Assembly (NCBI GenBank): GCA_040767195.1
Contig: JAXGPA010000001.1
Coordinates: 672,001-736,000 of the forward strand
Reading direction: 5' to 3'
DNA from: Syntrophales bacterium
Lineage (GTDB): Bacteria > Desulfobacterota > Syntrophia > Syntrophales > UBA6807
Length of the DNA stretch: 64,000 nucleotides
A program made the position numbers and the translations under genes. The notes beneath the pieces are model-generated. The model ran no database searches. It was not told the origin of the DNA and saw only the letters and a list, made by a program, of their open reading frames with translations. This document shows positions 1 through 12,836 of the stretch, in pieces. Each line of letters starts with the position of its first letter. Position 1 is the first letter of the stretch.

Positions 1-4
1 CGGC

Positions 5-460
5 TCACCGCCTATAGCGGCCCATGAGGGCCGCCTCTTCCAGGACATGGGAACGCATGGCCCGGAAAAGCTGCTCCTTCGTCGCGCCGGGCTCCAGGTC
101 CAGTTCCCGGTCCAGGGCATAGAGTCTGAAAAAGTACCGGTGCGTTCCCGAGGGGGGACAGGGTCCCCCGTAGCCCATGCGGTAAAAATCGTTCGTTCCC
201 TGCCTGCCGCCGTTCACGAGAACCGCCTCGGAAGGAACCTGCTCGGGCAGTTTCGCGATGGAGGGGGGGATGTCGTAGACGACCCAGTGAACCCAGCTTC
301 CCATGGGAGCGTCGGGGTCTTCACAAAGGAGAGCGTAACTCTTCACACCCTCGGGCGCTCCCTCCCATTCCAGGGGGGGTGAGATGTTTTCCCCGTCGCA
401 GGTGTGGCGGTCCGGGATCATCCCTCCTTCTTCAAAGGCCGGACTTTTCAATATCATCAA
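5..460 (-). CDS. YbhB/YbcL family (PEBP / Raf kinase inhibitor-like) protein
   Basis: 151 aa with NISPPLEW, DPDAP, WVHW and GYGGPCPP..HRY motifs typical of the family. Confidence 0.92.
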   Translation of the reverse strand: MMILKSPAFEEGGMIPDRHTCDGENISPPLEWEGAPEGVKSYALLCEDPDAPMGSWVHWVVYDIPPSIAKLPEQVPSEAVLVNGGRQGTNDFYRMGYGGPCPPSGTHRYFFRLYALDRELDLEPGATKEQLFRAMRSHVLEEAALMGRYRR

Positions 461-583
461 AACCTCCCTCTTTCCGTTGCCTTTTTCTCCCGTTCATACA
501 CCGCCACTTTCCGGTACCGCGCCGTGATTCCCATGCTGCGGGCCTGCCGGGCCCGATTGGCACGCCGGGGGAGATCTCCGCCG

Positions 584-2272
584 TCAAAGAATTTCCCCGG
601 TAATTTTCTCCAGGCTCTCGACAGGGTTCTTTCCCAGATGAATGGACAGGACCGGTCTTCCGAGATCCCTGAGGGCCTCTCGATCCCCCAGGGCCTGGGC
701 GGCCTTGAGGACGCCGAAGGTGACGGAACTGCGGTTCAGGTCGTCTTCGTCGGGAATGGCCGCCTCTTCCGCCGCATCGGCGGTCAGTTGAAGGAACACG
801 CCTTTTCCCCCGTCCCCCTTGAAGAGCTGTCCCGTGGAGTGAAGATAGCGGGGGCCGTAACCCACCGACGTGGCCCTTCCGAATCGCTCGAAGATGCGGT
901 TTCTCAATCCCCCCAAGGCCCTCTCCGTTTCCCCGCAGGGATCCAGGTAGGCCTGGACGGCTATGTAACCGTCTTTTTTCGTCCTTTCGAAAAATGACGT
1001 GAGAATCTCGCCGGGGGACCCGCCGCCGCGTTCTCCGTAAATGCGAATCGAACCCTCTTCAAAAACGGGGGCTTCCAGGGGAAGGGTCCTTGTTTCCAGG
1101 TACCGGGCGACCATGGCCCGGGCCCTCTTCTTGGCCGATTCCACATCGGGCTGGTCGAAAGGGTTGATCCCGAGGACGTGCCCCGCCACCGCCGTCGCCA
1201 TCTCCCAGAGATAAAACTGCCAGCCCAGCTGCCTGAGATCACCGATTTCCATGGAAACGACCGGGTGCCCCCGGGCGGCCAGGCGCGTCAGCGCCGGACC
1301 GTGGGCGCCCTCCCACTTGAGGCGTATGGCAATGAAAAGACGATCCCGCCCGTAGGCCTCCGGGGGTCCCAGGGGTTCGCCTACGACGGGAAGGATCCCC
1401 CGGCCTTCCTTTCCCGTGCTTTCAGCGATGAGCTGTTCCAGCCACGCGCCGAAGGGGGCGATCTCGGGGGACAGGACAAATGTCGCCTTGTCTTTCCCGG
1501 CGAGGGCAAAGGCGCCAAGGAGTCCGCCCAAAACAAGGGCGGGGTTTTCCCTTCCGCCGCCGCGGCAGGCGTCCATGGCCGTTATTCCTGAGTCGAGAAG
1601 GCCCCGAAGGTCTGATCCCCCGAGGGCCGCTGGAAGAAGACCGAAAAAGGACAAGGCGGCGAAACGTCCTCCGATTTCGGGGTCGTTGAGAAAGAGGGCG
1701 CTGAAACGATGTTTTTCCGCCAGGTCCACGAGGGGCGAATGGGGATCGGTGACGGCGATGAAACGGCGTCCCGCCGATGCCTCTCCCACGTCCCGCACCG
1801 TTTCCCGAAAAAAGAACCGGAAAAGAGACAAGGTCTCTACGGTCGTCCCCGACTTTGTCGAGACGACGAAGCAGGTCTTTCGCGAAGCCAGTGTCTTTCG
1901 CTGATAGTTGACGAAGTCAGGGTCCGTACTGTCCACGACGGTAAGATCGAGAAACCCCGGGGCGACACCCAGGGTTTTACGGAGAACTTCCGGCGCCAGG
2001 CTCGAGCCCCCCATGCCGAGAAGAAGGGCATGGGTATAACCCTCCCGGCGAAGTTCCCCGGCAAGCCCCTCCATTTCCGCGACCCCGTCGCGCATCCTGG
2101 CAGGGCTCTCGAGCCAGCCGAGACGATTCACGATCTCCTTCGGCCCGGGTTTCCATACCCTGTGATCCCTCTCCCAGATTCTTTCCGCAACCCGGTCCCT
2201 GACGAGACGGTCCACGACCTCGGCGACGGCCGTATCAACGCCCTGAAGGCGGATGTCATGGTTCCCTTCCAA
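584..2272 (-). CDS. pgi: Glucose-6-phosphate isomerase (type seen as the C-terminal half of Tal-Pgi fusions)
   Basis: LGMGGSSL, STKSGTTVET, IGGRF, QLIAESTGK, NPFDQPDVE motifs; TTG start after GGGGAG. Confidence 0.85.
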   Translation of the reverse strand: MEGNHDIRLQGVDTAVAEVVDRLVRDRVAERIWERDHRVWKPGPKEIVNRLGWLESPARMRDGVAEMEGLAGELRREGYTHALLLGMGGSSLAPEVLRKTLGVAPGFLDLTVVDSTDPDFVNYQRKTLASRKTCFVVSTKSGTTVETLSLFRFFFRETVRDVGEASAGRRFIAVTDPHSPLVDLAEKHRFSALFLNDPEIGGRFAALSFFGLLPAALGGSDLRGLLDSGITAMDACRGGGRENPALVLGGLLGAFALAGKDKATFVLSPEIAPFGAWLEQLIAESTGKEGRGILPVVGEPLGPPEAYGRDRLFIAIRLKWEGAHGPALTRLAARGHPVVSMEIGDLRQLGWQFYLWEMATAVAGHVLGINPFDQPDVESAKKRARAMVARYLETRTLPLEAPVFEEGSIRIYGERGGGSPGEILTSFFERTKKDGYIAVQAYLDPCGETERALGGLRNRIFERFGRATSVGYGPRYLHSTGQLFKGDGGKGVFLQLTADAAEEAAIPDEDDLNRSSVTFGVLKAAQALGDREALRDLGRPVLSIHLGKNPVESLEKITGEIL

Positions 2273-2287
2273 GAAGATCTCCCCGGC

Positions 2288-4375
2288 CTATTGACTCAGC
2301 ACTTTCCGCGCCGCGGCCATGACGTTCTCCGCTGTAATCCCGAATTTCTCATAAAGAACGTCCGACGGCGCGCTGGCGCCGAAATCGTCGAGACCGACAA
2401 CGGCCCCGCCCAAGCCCACGTAATGTTCCCACCCGATCCGTATCCCCGCCTCCACGGCCACCCGGGCCGTGACGTCGGGCGGCAGGACGCTGTCCCGGTA
2501 AGCCTGCTCCTGGGCATCAAACAATTCCCAGGATGGAAGTGATACAACACGTACCGACAGGCCTTCCTGTGAAAGACGATGACCGGCCTCCAGGGCCATG
2601 TGGAGTTCCGATCCTGTCCCGATGAGGATCACGTTGGGACGGCCACCCTCTGACTCCCAGAGGACATACCCGCCCCTTCGAAGATTTTCCGCCGGCGCGC
2701 ATCCCGAACGGTCGATGACGGGCACGTTCTGGCGGGTCAGGACGAGAACGGTGGGACCTTCACGGTTTTCGACGGCCGCTTTCCAGGCCGCGGCGGTTTC
2801 CGGCGAATCGCCGGGGCGGATGACCATGAGCCGGGGAACGCAGCGGAGGTTCATGAGCTGTTCCACGGGCTGGTGGGTCGGTCCGTCTTCCCCGACACCG
2901 ATGCTGTCATGGGTGAAAACGAAAATAACGGGAACGCCCATGAGAGCGGCGAGCCGGACAGGCGGACGCATGTAATCGGAGAAAACGAAAAAGGTTCCCG
3001 TGAAGGGCCGAACGCCCCCGTGTAGGCCCATCCCCACGGAAATGGCGCCCATGGCGTGTTCCCGGACACCGTAGTGAATGTTTCTTCCGCCATAGTCCCA
3101 ACAGCCTCCCACCGCCCCCTGGAAGTCTCTCGATAGGTTGCCGGACTTTTCCCGTCCCTGTCGAACCGGGTGGGGCCTCTGAAAATCCCCGTGATCCTTG
3201 AGCCAGGTGAAGCAGGAGGGATTCAGGTCCGCCGATCCCCCGATCAATTCGGGAAGGACCGACCCAAGATACTGGAGCACCTCCTCCGAGGCTTTTCGGG
3301 TCGCCATGGCCTTTTTCACCTCCCGGAAGGACGGGATTCCGCTTTTCCAGTTCTCCGGAAGGTCGCCCCGGGTCATCCTCTCGAACTCCAGGGCCAAGGC
3401 GGGGAATTCTGCGGTGTAACGGGAAAAGAGAGCCCGCCAGTCGGTTTCGCCCGCCTCGCCGCGGTCCACGGCACGGTGCATGAAGGCGATCACATCCTCG
3501 GGAACATGAAATTCCGGTGAAACCGGCCATCCCAGGTTTTCTTTCGCCGCCCGGACTTCCGCCTCTCCCAGGGGCGCCCCATGGGCGTGGTAGGTGTTTT
3601 CCTTGCCCGGCGACCCGTAACCGAGGATCGTCTTCACGGCGATGAGCGACGGTTTCAATGTCTCTTCCCGGGCCTCCTCCATGGCCCGATCCAGGGCCTC
3701 GAGATCGTTTCCGTCGTCCACTTCCACCACGTGCCAGTTGTAACTCGTGAAACGGCGCGTCACGTCTTCCGTGAAGGAGAGATCCGTCGCCCCGGCCAGG
3801 GAAATGCCGTTCTGATCGTAAAGGACGATGAGTTTGCCGAGACCGAGATGGCCCGCCAGGGAGCAGGCCTCCGCGCCCACACCCTCCATCATGTCCCCGT
3901 CGCTTGCCAGGACATAGGTGCGGTGATCCACCACGGGGAAGCCGGGCCTGTTGAACCGTTCGGCCAGATAGGATTCGGCGAGGGCCATGCCGACGGCGTT
4001 GGCGAGCCCCTGCCCGAGCGGTCCCGTGGTAACCTCCACGCCGGGGGTCTTCCCGTGTTCCGGGTGACCGGGCGTCTTGCTGTCCCACTGGCGGAAGTTG
4101 CGGAGATCCTCCAGGGTGACGTCATACCCTGTCAGGTAAAGGAGACTGTAAAGAAGCATGGAGCCGTGGCCGGCGGAAAGGATGAAACGGTCCCGGTCCG
4201 CCCACAGGGGATTGGCGGGATTGTATTTGAGATGCCGGGCCCAGAGGACGAAACCCAGGGCGGCCGTTCCCATGGGGAGGCCCGGGTGGCCCGACCGGGC
4301 CCGTTGAATCGCGTCCACGGAGAGAAAACGGATGGTGTTGATGCATTTCTGTAACAGGGCTCTCATATCGCTCAT
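2288..4375 (-). CDS. tkt: Transketolase
   Basis: [53 protein letters not shown] motifs. Confidence 0.97.
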   Translation of the reverse strand: MSDMRALLQKCINTIRFLSVDAIQRARSGHPGLPMGTAALGFVLWARHLKYNPANPLWADRDRFILSAGHGSMLLYSLLYLTGYDVTLEDLRNFRQWDSKTPGHPEHGKTPGVEVTTGPLGQGLANAVGMALAESYLAERFNRPGFPVVDHRTYVLASDGDMMEGVGAEACSLAGHLGLGKLIVLYDQNGISLAGATDLSFTEDVTRRFTSYNWHVVEVDDGNDLEALDRAMEEAREETLKPSLIAVKTILGYGSPGKENTYHAHGAPLGEAEVRAAKENLGWPVSPEFHVPEDVIAFMHRAVDRGEAGETDWRALFSRYTAEFPALALEFERMTRGDLPENWKSGIPSFREVKKAMATRKASEEVLQYLGSVLPELIGGSADLNPSCFTWLKDHGDFQRPHPVRQGREKSGNLSRDFQGAVGGCWDYGGRNIHYGVREHAMGAISVGMGLHGGVRPFTGTFFVFSDYMRPPVRLAALMGVPVIFVFTHDSIGVGEDGPTHQPVEQLMNLRCVPRLMVIRPGDSPETAAAWKAAVENREGPTVLVLTRQNVPVIDRSGCAPAENLRRGGYVLWESEGGRPNVILIGTGSELHMALEAGHRLSQEGLSVRVVSLPSWELFDAQEQAYRDSVLPPDVTARVAVEAGIRIGWEHYVGLGGAVVGLDDFGASAPSDVLYEKFGITAENVMAAARKVLSQ

Positions 4376-4524
4376 AAGGGAAACGGGACCTCCGGAAGTT
4401 CTCGAACGGGGGATTTCCTTGTCCTGAAATCCCGAACGAAATTATTTAAGCAGGTCTGCAGCGAATGTGCAATTCTTTTCAGGAACACCGGGGGGATGAA
4501 AAAAAAGGAAACCAGGCCTCTTTT

Positions 4525-6291
<1,767 letters not shown>

Positions 6292-6467
6292 ATGTCTCGT
6301 CTCCTTGATCCAACAGGGGGCCGCCATGCCCGATCCCCCGTACCGTTCCCGTTCATTACCGGCGGCTTATCGAAAAAAGCCCGGGCCGCCTTTTTTTCCC
6401 CGCCTCCGCCGCATTTTTCGATGCCCTTCGCGTGCCACGGCATGAGAAACGCTCCCGGATGGCTCCT

Positions 6468-8231
6468 TCATGTCAGCTCTTCACGAAGAAGGCGGCTTTT
6501 TTCCTCCAGGAGGTTGTGACACCTTTCCGTGTCCCCTTTTTTCTGCGCCTCCACGAGCTGACGCTGAATTTCCCTGTGGCGGAAACGAAACCAGCGCTCT
6601 CTCAACCGCCTGGCCATGTCCTCCATGAACCGGTCCGCCACGTCTTCGCCGAAAGGCGTTTCGCCCATCATCATCTCGTAGAATTTCGCCCGTACTTCAG
6701 CGTTCCCCAGATTTTCAAGAAACATTCCCGGTTCTGCCTCCCCAGCCTGCCGGGCTTCCATCCAGGAGCGGCAGAGTTTTTTTGCCCGGGAATCCAGGAA
6801 ATACGGCAAAAGTCTCTTCATGTCCTCGGAAGACCACTTGTCCCGATGCTCCATGAGACAGAAAATAACGGACAACTCGAGAGGATCCGGGAGAGGCTCT
6901 TTTTTCGCTTCCGGCGCGGCGGTTTCACCGGCGGGTGTTTTCCGGAGACGCCTCTTCCTTGCTTCTTTTTCCAGAAGTTCCTCGCTTACACCCAAATATT
7001 CCGAAATTCTCCGGATGAGGAGCGTCCTCTGCAGGGCGTCGCCCATGGCGCCGATCAGCGGAAGAGCGGTCCGGGCCCTCTCGAGCTTTTCCTCCACCGT
7101 TTTTCCCGGCCCCATGATGGTTTCGATATAATAATCCGTCAGGGAGGGCGCCGTCTCGACGAGACCGTATAAACGCTCCGGGCCGAAGGTTCGAATGTAG
7201 GCGTCCGGATCGTACCCGTCGGGAAGGCGCAGCACCCAGCCGTGGATGCCCTCCTCCAGAAAAAGCTTCAGGCTTCTCTCGGCGGCATGCCGGCCCGCCT
7301 GATCGGGATCGAAGAGAAGAACGACGTTTTTCGTGAAACGGCGCAGGATGAGAACCTGTTCCCGGGTGAGGGCCGTCCCCAGGGAGGCCACAACGTGACG
7401 GATGCCCCCTTCCCAGAGGGCGATGAGGTCCATGTACCCTTCCACGAGAATGGCCCGGTCGGCCCGCCGGATATCTTCTTTCGTATCGTAAAGTCCGTAA
7501 AGAACCCTTCCCTTCGTGTAGACCGGTGTTTCGGGCGAGTTGAGGTATTTGGGTTCGCCGTTTCCGAGGAGGCGGCCCCCGAAAGCGACAACGTTCCCGT
7601 TCAGGTCAAGAACGGGAAACATGATCCGGTCCCTGAAACGGTCGTAGTGCCAGTCCCGATCCTTCCGGACCAGCAGCCCCGCCTCCTCGGCGATGCCGGC
7701 CGGAACGGCCTCTTTTCCCAGGGCGTCCTTGAGAAAATGCCAGCCGTCGCGGGCGTAGCCGATGGAAAAGCGGCCGAGGGCCTCCGCCCCGATTCCCCGG
7801 GAGGCCAGGTACGTCCTCGCCCGGTCCCCTTCCGGACCGTTGAGGGCATCCCTGAAATATCCGGCGGCGAGGCGGTTGGCCTGGAGCAGTTTTTCCCTCT
7901 TGCCAGGCTCTTTTCTCTCCTTCCGAAATTCCCGCTCGGGAAGGTCGACCCCCACCTTCACCGCAAGCGAACGGACCGCCTCGGGAAAGGAAAGGTTATT
8001 TATTTTCATCAGGAACCTGATGACGTTTCCCCCTTCTCCGCAACCGAAGCAATGAAATATCTGCCTGTCCACGTTAACGGTGAACGAGGGGGTTTTTTCG
8101 CCGTGAAAGGGACAAAGGCCCGTATAGGATTTTCCCCGTTTCCGAAGGGTGACGAACTCCGACACGATCTCCAGAATGTCCGCCCGGGAGCGGATTTCCT
8201 CTATTTTCTCATCAGGGATGTATCCGCCCAT
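6468..8231 (-). CDS. dnaG: DNA primase
   Basis: CPFH..KTPSF...HCFGC zinc finger, PKYLNSPET, EGYMD, TOPRIM FDPDQAG. Confidence 0.97.
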   Translation of the reverse strand: MGGYIPDEKIEEIRSRADILEIVSEFVTLRKRGKSYTGLCPFHGEKTPSFTVNVDRQIFHCFGCGEGGNVIRFLMKINNLSFPEAVRSLAVKVGVDLPEREFRKERKEPGKREKLLQANRLAAGYFRDALNGPEGDRARTYLASRGIGAEALGRFSIGYARDGWHFLKDALGKEAVPAGIAEEAGLLVRKDRDWHYDRFRDRIMFPVLDLNGNVVAFGGRLLGNGEPKYLNSPETPVYTKGRVLYGLYDTKEDIRRADRAILVEGYMDLIALWEGGIRHVVASLGTALTREQVLILRRFTKNVVLLFDPDQAGRHAAERSLKLFLEEGIHGWVLRLPDGYDPDAYIRTFGPERLYGLVETAPSLTDYYIETIMGPGKTVEEKLERARTALPLIGAMGDALQRTLLIRRISEYLGVSEELLEKEARKRRLRKTPAGETAAPEAKKEPLPDPLELSVIFCLMEHRDKWSSEDMKRLLPYFLDSRAKKLCRSWMEARQAGEAEPGMFLENLGNAEVRAKFYEMMMGETPFGEDVADRFMEDMARRLRERWFRFRHREIQRQLVEAQKKGDTERCHNLLEEKSRLLREELT

Positions 8232-8243
8232 TCCCCCGGTCCG

Positions 8244-8693
8244 TTATTTTCCGGCCAGCCTGACCCTGACTTTTTCACTGACCGCCTTGCCGTCGGCCTG
8301 CCCCGTGATGGCCGGCATGAGTTGCTTCATCACCTTCCCCATGTCCTTGACGCTCACGGCACTGACTTCGGCGATGGCCTTGTCGATCAGCCCGTCGATT
8401 TCCGCTTCCGAAAGCTGCCGGGGCATGAATTCCTGTATGACCTTGAGCTCCGCCTCTTCCTTTTCCGCCAGGTCTTCCCGTTTCCCGTTACGGAACTGCT
8501 CGATGGAATCCCTGCGCTGCTTGATCATGGATGAAAAAACCAGAAGGGCTTCTTTTTCGTCAAAGGCTTCCTTCAGATCAATGGCCCGGTTGTGAAGAGC
8601 GTTCTTCATCAACCGGAGCGCCGAAAGCCTCGCCCGGTCTTTCGTTTTGGTCGCTTGAATCATTTCCTGGTCCACTTTCGACACGATGTCCAT
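8244..8693 (-). CDS. GatB/YqeY domain protein
   Basis: KQRRDSIEQF...R.DLAEKE.AE, KDMGKVM motifs; usual position upstream of dnaG. Confidence 0.92.
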   Translation of the reverse strand: MDIVSKVDQEMIQATKTKDRARLSALRLMKNALHNRAIDLKEAFDEKEALLVFSSMIKQRRDSIEQFRNGKREDLAEKEEAELKVIQEFMPRQLSEAEIDGLIDKAIAEVSAVSVKDMGKVMKQLMPAITGQADGKAVSEKVRVRLAGK

Positions 8694-8740
8694 GGGCTGA
8701 CTCCTTGACTATTTAGTTAATGGTGTATGGTTTTATTAAT

Positions 8741-8768
8741 AAAATAATGCTTTTCGTAGAGATGTCAA
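8741..8768 (-). promoter_or_regulatory. Candidate sigma70 promoter for yqeY-dnaG-rpoD
   Basis: Minus strand TTGACA (8768-8763)-N16-TATTTT in an AT-rich gap; palindrome TTTTATTAATAAAA at 8731-8744. Confidence 0.5.
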
Positions 8769-8795
8769 TTAACGAGAGGACCGCTGAAAGAGGGC

Positions 8796-9140
8796 TTACC
8801 CCAGGCCGTCCTCCAGTTTCCTGCCCCCGAGAATGTGCATGTGAAGGTGAAAAACGACCTGTCCACCTTCAGGGTTCACGTTGATCACGGTGCGGAACCC
8901 CCGCTGGTCCATCCCCTTGATCCGGGCCGACTCCTGCCCGGCGGCAATCATGGCTCCGATCAGGGGAGTGTCCGCCTCGGTGACATCCATGAGAGTGGGG
9001 ACGTGCCGTTTCGGTATGACGATGACATGATGGGGCGCCATGGGGTGTATGTCGTCAAACGCGAGGACCAGGTCGTTTTCGAACACTTTCCTGCAGGGAA
9101 TTTCTCCCCGGACGATTCTGCAAAAAATACAATCCTCCAT
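8796..9140 (-). CDS. HIT family (histidine triad nucleotide-binding) protein
   Basis: DCIFCRI, GQVVFHLHMHILGGR triad. Confidence 0.95.
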   Translation of the reverse strand: MEDCIFCRIVRGEIPCRKVFENDLVLAFDDIHPMAPHHVIVIPKRHVPTLMDVTEADTPLIGAMIAAGQESARIKGMDQRGFRTVINVNPEGGQVVFHLHMHILGGRKLEDGLG

Positions 9141-9208
9141 GATTTTCTCCCTTCCTTCAAGGGTCTTGCGGTGTTTTCTTCCTTTCTGAAACCGGAAAAT
9201 CCGATGGT

Positions 9209-9934
9209 TTATGGGCCGGCCGCGCGAAGAGCGTCTCTCAGGGAAAGGGCGCCCGTATAAAGAGCCTTGCCGATGATGACGCCGCAGATTCCTGACGGGG
9301 CCGCCTTCTTGAGACGCTCGATATCGCCGATACCCGATACCCCCCCCGAGGCAATGACAGGGATCTTCACCGACTCGGCCAGCTGCCTTGTCGATTCGAC
9401 ATTCACGCCGGCCTCCATCCCGTCTCTTTTCGTGTCCGTGTAAACGATGGCGTCTATGCCGCTCGTTTCATACTGCCTCGCCACATCCAGGGCCAGGCGG
9501 CCCGAGTCTTCCGTCCAGGCCTCCACCATCAGGCGGCCTTCCCCGGCGTCGATGCCCAGCATAATGCGCCGGGGGTACAGCCGGCAGGCTTCGAAGACGA
9601 ACTCCGGGTCTTTCAAGGCGGCCGTTCCCAGGATCACCCAACGGACACCCGATTCCAGGTAGGATCGGACCGTTTCCAGGGTTCGGATTCCCCCGCCCAC
9701 CTGAACGGGAAGCCCGGTCCTTCCGACGATTTGCTCGATGACCGCCCCGTTTACCGGCCGGCCGCTCCTCGAACCGTCCAGGTCGACCACATGAAGCCTC
9801 AAGGCCCCCTCGTCCATCCATCTCGCAGCGATCTCAACGGGATCACTGGAAAAAACGGTCATCCGCGCAAAGTCCCCCTGAAGAAGACGGACGCAGTTCC
9901 CCTCTTTCAAGTCGATGGCCGGGATGATGATCAC
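9209..9934 (-). CDS. hisA: ProFAR isomerase HisA
   Basis: IIPAIDLKEG.CVRL.QG, LHVVDLDG, QVGGGIR, IASGGV. Confidence 0.95.
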   Translation of the reverse strand: MIIIPAIDLKEGNCVRLLQGDFARMTVFSSDPVEIAARWMDEGALRLHVVDLDGSRSGRPVNGAVIEQIVGRTGLPVQVGGGIRTLETVRSYLESGVRWVILGTAALKDPEFVFEACRLYPRRIMLGIDAGEGRLMVEAWTEDSGRLALDVARQYETSGIDAIVYTDTKRDGMEAGVNVESTRQLAESVKIPVIASGGVSGIGDIERLKKAAPSGICGVIIGKALYTGALSLRDALRAAGP

Positions 9935-9968
9935 CGTGTGCTCCCTGGGTAAAAGATTTTACGGGCTG

Positions 9969-10679
9969 TTAAGGGCTTATGACCCCCCCCGGCTCGGGAA
10001 AGGTGATCATGACCCGGTGGACGCCTTCCCTCGCCAGCTGCTCCGCCGTCATCCACTTTCCTTTCGCAGAGAAAAACGTTTTCACGTCCAGAAGATTTTC
10101 CATGAGGGAGGTCTGGGTCTTGTCGAAAGCGCCGTTCCATGTCGTTTCTTTACGGGGAACGTTGAAAAGATGGACGCTGAAGGCGACGGATGCGGGCTCT
10201 TCAACGGAAAAGGGTGTCCCGACCCGCTCCCGGAAACGGTAAATGTACCCGAAAAGAACACCGTCGGCGTTCAGGGCCGTGCCCAGTTTTTCCAGGTTTT
10301 CAGCGGGATGTTCCGGGGAAGATTCCTCACAGATCCGGCCGTAAGTCTCTTCGGCTTCCCCCGGCGGAATGAGGCGGAGCCCCGGAATGGAGGAAAGCTT
10401 CTCCAGGAAGAGGTTCTCCAGGATCGCCTCGGGGTTTTTCACGGTGACCCCGGCCCGGAAGGTCCTCCCGTCCAGGGGGCAACGAACGTAAAGCTCCGAC
10501 GAATCCCCCGGCGATACCTCCTGGAAGGGCGCCAGGGCAAGCACGTGGACCGGCTCCGCGGCGTCCCGCTCGGACCGGCTTGTATCCGGGCCGGCGCATC
10601 CTGCCGGAAGGAACAGGACGAAAAGCAGGAACAGAAACCGGAAGGCCCCATGGCGGCGGAAAGAACTTTTTTCAGGCAT
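9969..10679 (-). CDS. Putative lipoprotein (TolB-N/CsgG-like alpha/beta fold suspected)
   Basis: Basic N-terminus, hydrophobic stretch and LPAGC lipobox; VLALAPFQ and LGTALNADGVLFG segments; co-oriented within the his cluster. Confidence 0.65.
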   Translation of the reverse strand: MPEKSSFRRHGAFRFLFLLFVLFLPAGCAGPDTSRSERDAAEPVHVLALAPFQEVSPGDSSELYVRCPLDGRTFRAGVTVKNPEAILENLFLEKLSSIPGLRLIPPGEAEETYGRICEESSPEHPAENLEKLGTALNADGVLFGYIYRFRERVGTPFSVEEPASVAFSVHLFNVPRKETTWNGAFDKTQTSLMENLLDVKTFFSAKGKWMTAEQLAREGVHRVMITFPEPGGVISP

Positions 10680-10712
10680 GAGAATGTCCGTTCTTCAGGG
10701 ATTCACGAACCG

Positions 10713-11300
10713 TTAAAGCCGCCCTTTCGTGGACGGCACACCGGAAACCCCGGGATCCCGGGCGACAGCCTCCTTGAGGGCCCTGGCCAGGGCCTTGAAG
10801 ACCGCCTCGATCATGTGATGAGAATTACTACCATATAAGACGTGAACATGTAAAGTGATTCTCCCCTGATCGACAAGAGCCCGGAAAAAATCCCGGAAGA
10901 GGCCAAGATCGAAGTCCCGTATACGCATGTTCTCGAACGTATCGGGAAAGACCAGGAAAGGCCTCCCGGAGAGATCGACGGCAACCCCGGCCAGGCTTTC
11001 ATCCATGGGAACGAGGGAAGACCCGTAGCGGCGGATTCCCTTTTTATCCCCGAGAGCCTTGTCGAGGACCTGACCCAGCGTGATTCCGAGATCCTCCACG
11101 AGGTGATGATAATCCACATCCGTGTCTCCCTGGGCCCGGACCGTGATATCGAAACGGCCGTGGGCGGCCAGGAGATGAAGCATGTGGTCCAGAAAGGGAA
11201 CCGTCGTGTCGATGTCCCCCTGTCCGCTGCCGTCCAGGTTCCACTGGACCGACACATCCGTTTCCGCTGTCTTCCGGTGTTTCTTTTCCTTTCTTTCCAT
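10713..11300 (-). CDS. hisB: Imidazoleglycerol-phosphate dehydratase
   Basis: FLDHML, DYHHLVEDLGI, PMDE, NSHHMIEAVFKA, PSTKG; start at ATG 11300. Confidence 0.96.
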   Translation of the reverse strand: MERKEKKHRKTAETDVSVQWNLDGSGQGDIDTTVPFLDHMLHLLAAHGRFDITVRAQGDTDVDYHHLVEDLGITLGQVLDKALGDKKGIRRYGSSLVPMDESLAGVAVDLSGRPFLVFPDTFENMRIRDFDLGLFRDFFRALVDQGRITLHVHVLYGSNSHHMIEAVFKALARALKEAVARDPGVSGVPSTKGRL

Positions 11301-11364
11301 CAGAAGCCCCCCGCCTCCATCCGCCCGGCTCGCTGTTTTTTTCAGCCTCTGGCCGGGCATTCTG

Positions 11365-12237
11365 TCAGATTACCTTGTTGAGGCAATACTCTATGATGCC
11401 TTCCGCCCCCGCCTCCTGAAGGAGGGGAATCAGATCCCGGACGATCCCCTTGTCCACCACCGTTTCGACGGCGAACCACTCCTCGTTGTAAAGATTAGAA
11501 ACGGTGGGGGCCTTCAGGGAAGGAAGAAGCAGCATCACCGCACCGAGATCCTTCCGGGCGACGTTCATCTTGATACCCACCTTTCCCATGGCGCTCAGGG
11601 AACCGGTGAGAAGAACACGGATCTGATCGATCTTCCTTTTTTTCCAGGGATCGGTGCAGGCTTCCCGGTTGGCAATGAGCTGGGTATTCGTCTTCAAGAG
11701 CTCGTGGATGATGCGGAGCTTGTTCGCCCGAAGGGTGCTTCCCGTTTCCGTCACTTCCACGATGGCGTCCACAAGTCCTTCCACGACCTTGGCCTCTGTA
11801 GCCCCCCAGGAAAACTCCACGTGGACACGAATCCCCTTTTCCTGAAAATAGCGCCGGGTGAAATTCACCAGCTCCGTGGAAATCTTTTTTCCCTCCAGCT
11901 CCTCGATGGTCTGGACGGGGGAATCCTCGCGGACGACAACGACCCACCTGGCCTGCCTCGTGGAGGCCTTGGAGTAGACGAGATCCTGGACAACCGTCAC
12001 CTGGGAATCGTTTTCCAGAACCCAGTCACGGCCCGTCAGCCCCAGGTCAAGGGTCCCGTTTTCCACATATCGGGCCATTTCCTGGGCCCGGACGAAGGAA
12101 CAGCTGATTTCGTCGTCGTCGATGTCAGGAAAATAACTCCGGTTGTCGTAAGAGATCCGCCAACCCGCCCGCTTGAACAGCTCGACGGTGCTTGACTCGA
12201 GACTTCCTTTCGGCAGTCCGATTTTGAGTTTCATCAT
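11365..12237 (-). CDS. hisG: ATP phosphoribosyltransferase, long form
   Basis: [29 protein letters not shown] plus C-terminal regulatory domain; ATG overlaps the hisI stop. Confidence 0.95.
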   Translation of the reverse strand: MMKLKIGLPKGSLESSTVELFKRAGWRISYDNRSYFPDIDDDEISCSFVRAQEMARYVENGTLDLGLTGRDWVLENDSQVTVVQDLVYSKASTRQARWVVVVREDSPVQTIEELEGKKISTELVNFTRRYFQEKGIRVHVEFSWGATEAKVVEGLVDAIVEVTETGSTLRANKLRIIHELLKTNTQLIANREACTDPWKKRKIDQIRVLLTGSLSAMGKVGIKMNVARKDLGAVMLLLPSLKAPTVSNLYNEEWFAVETVVDKGIVRDLIPLLQEAGAEGIIEYCLNKVI

Positions 12238-12608
12238 CGATACACATCCTCCGATTTGAATACTTTCTCCCCTTCGATCTCCAGGGCGCCGCCGGAAACC
12301 TTCCTGTAGAAGCAAGACCGGTAACCGGTGTGACAGGCGGCCCCGCCGACCTGTTCCACTTTCAGGAGAATGGTGTCGTCATCACAATCGACCCGGATTT
12401 CCCGGATAATCTGGAAATGCCCCGATTGCTCCCCTTTCATCCAGAGGGCCTGGCGGGAGCGGCTCCAGAAAACGGCTTTCCCCGTTTCGAGGGTTTTCTT
12501 CCACGAAGCCTCGTTCATGTATGCAAGCATGAGAACCTCCCCGGTCCCGGCGTCCTGGACGACGGCGGGGAGGAGCCCGTCTCCCTTATGGAAATTCAAA
12601 TGAATCAC
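12234..12608 (-). CDS. hisI: Phosphoribosyl-AMP cyclohydrolase
   Basis: [30 protein letters not shown] start after AAGGAG. Confidence 0.94.
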   Translation of the reverse strand: MIHLNFHKGDGLLPAVVQDAGTGEVLMLAYMNEASWKKTLETGKAVFWSRSRQALWMKGEQSGHFQIIREIRVDCDDDTILLKVEQVGGAACHTGYRSCFYRKVSGGALEIEGEKVFKSEDVYR

Positions 12609-12836
12609 AAAGCGCTCCTTCTTTTCTCTTTCTTCCGGGCGTCGGGGCCCGACCACTACAGGGCCCATAAACGTAATGGAAGATTGCTTTTTTCGCAAGT
12701 ATTTTTTAAAAAAATAGCGCTTGATTCACCTTTTATTTTATGCTAGCTATCAAAGCCTGTACAAATTAAAAATTTCCTGCAAGTTCCGGGTTTTGTCCGT
12801 TTCAGGGAAATTCAGAGGAAAAGGAGGTTTTGCGTT

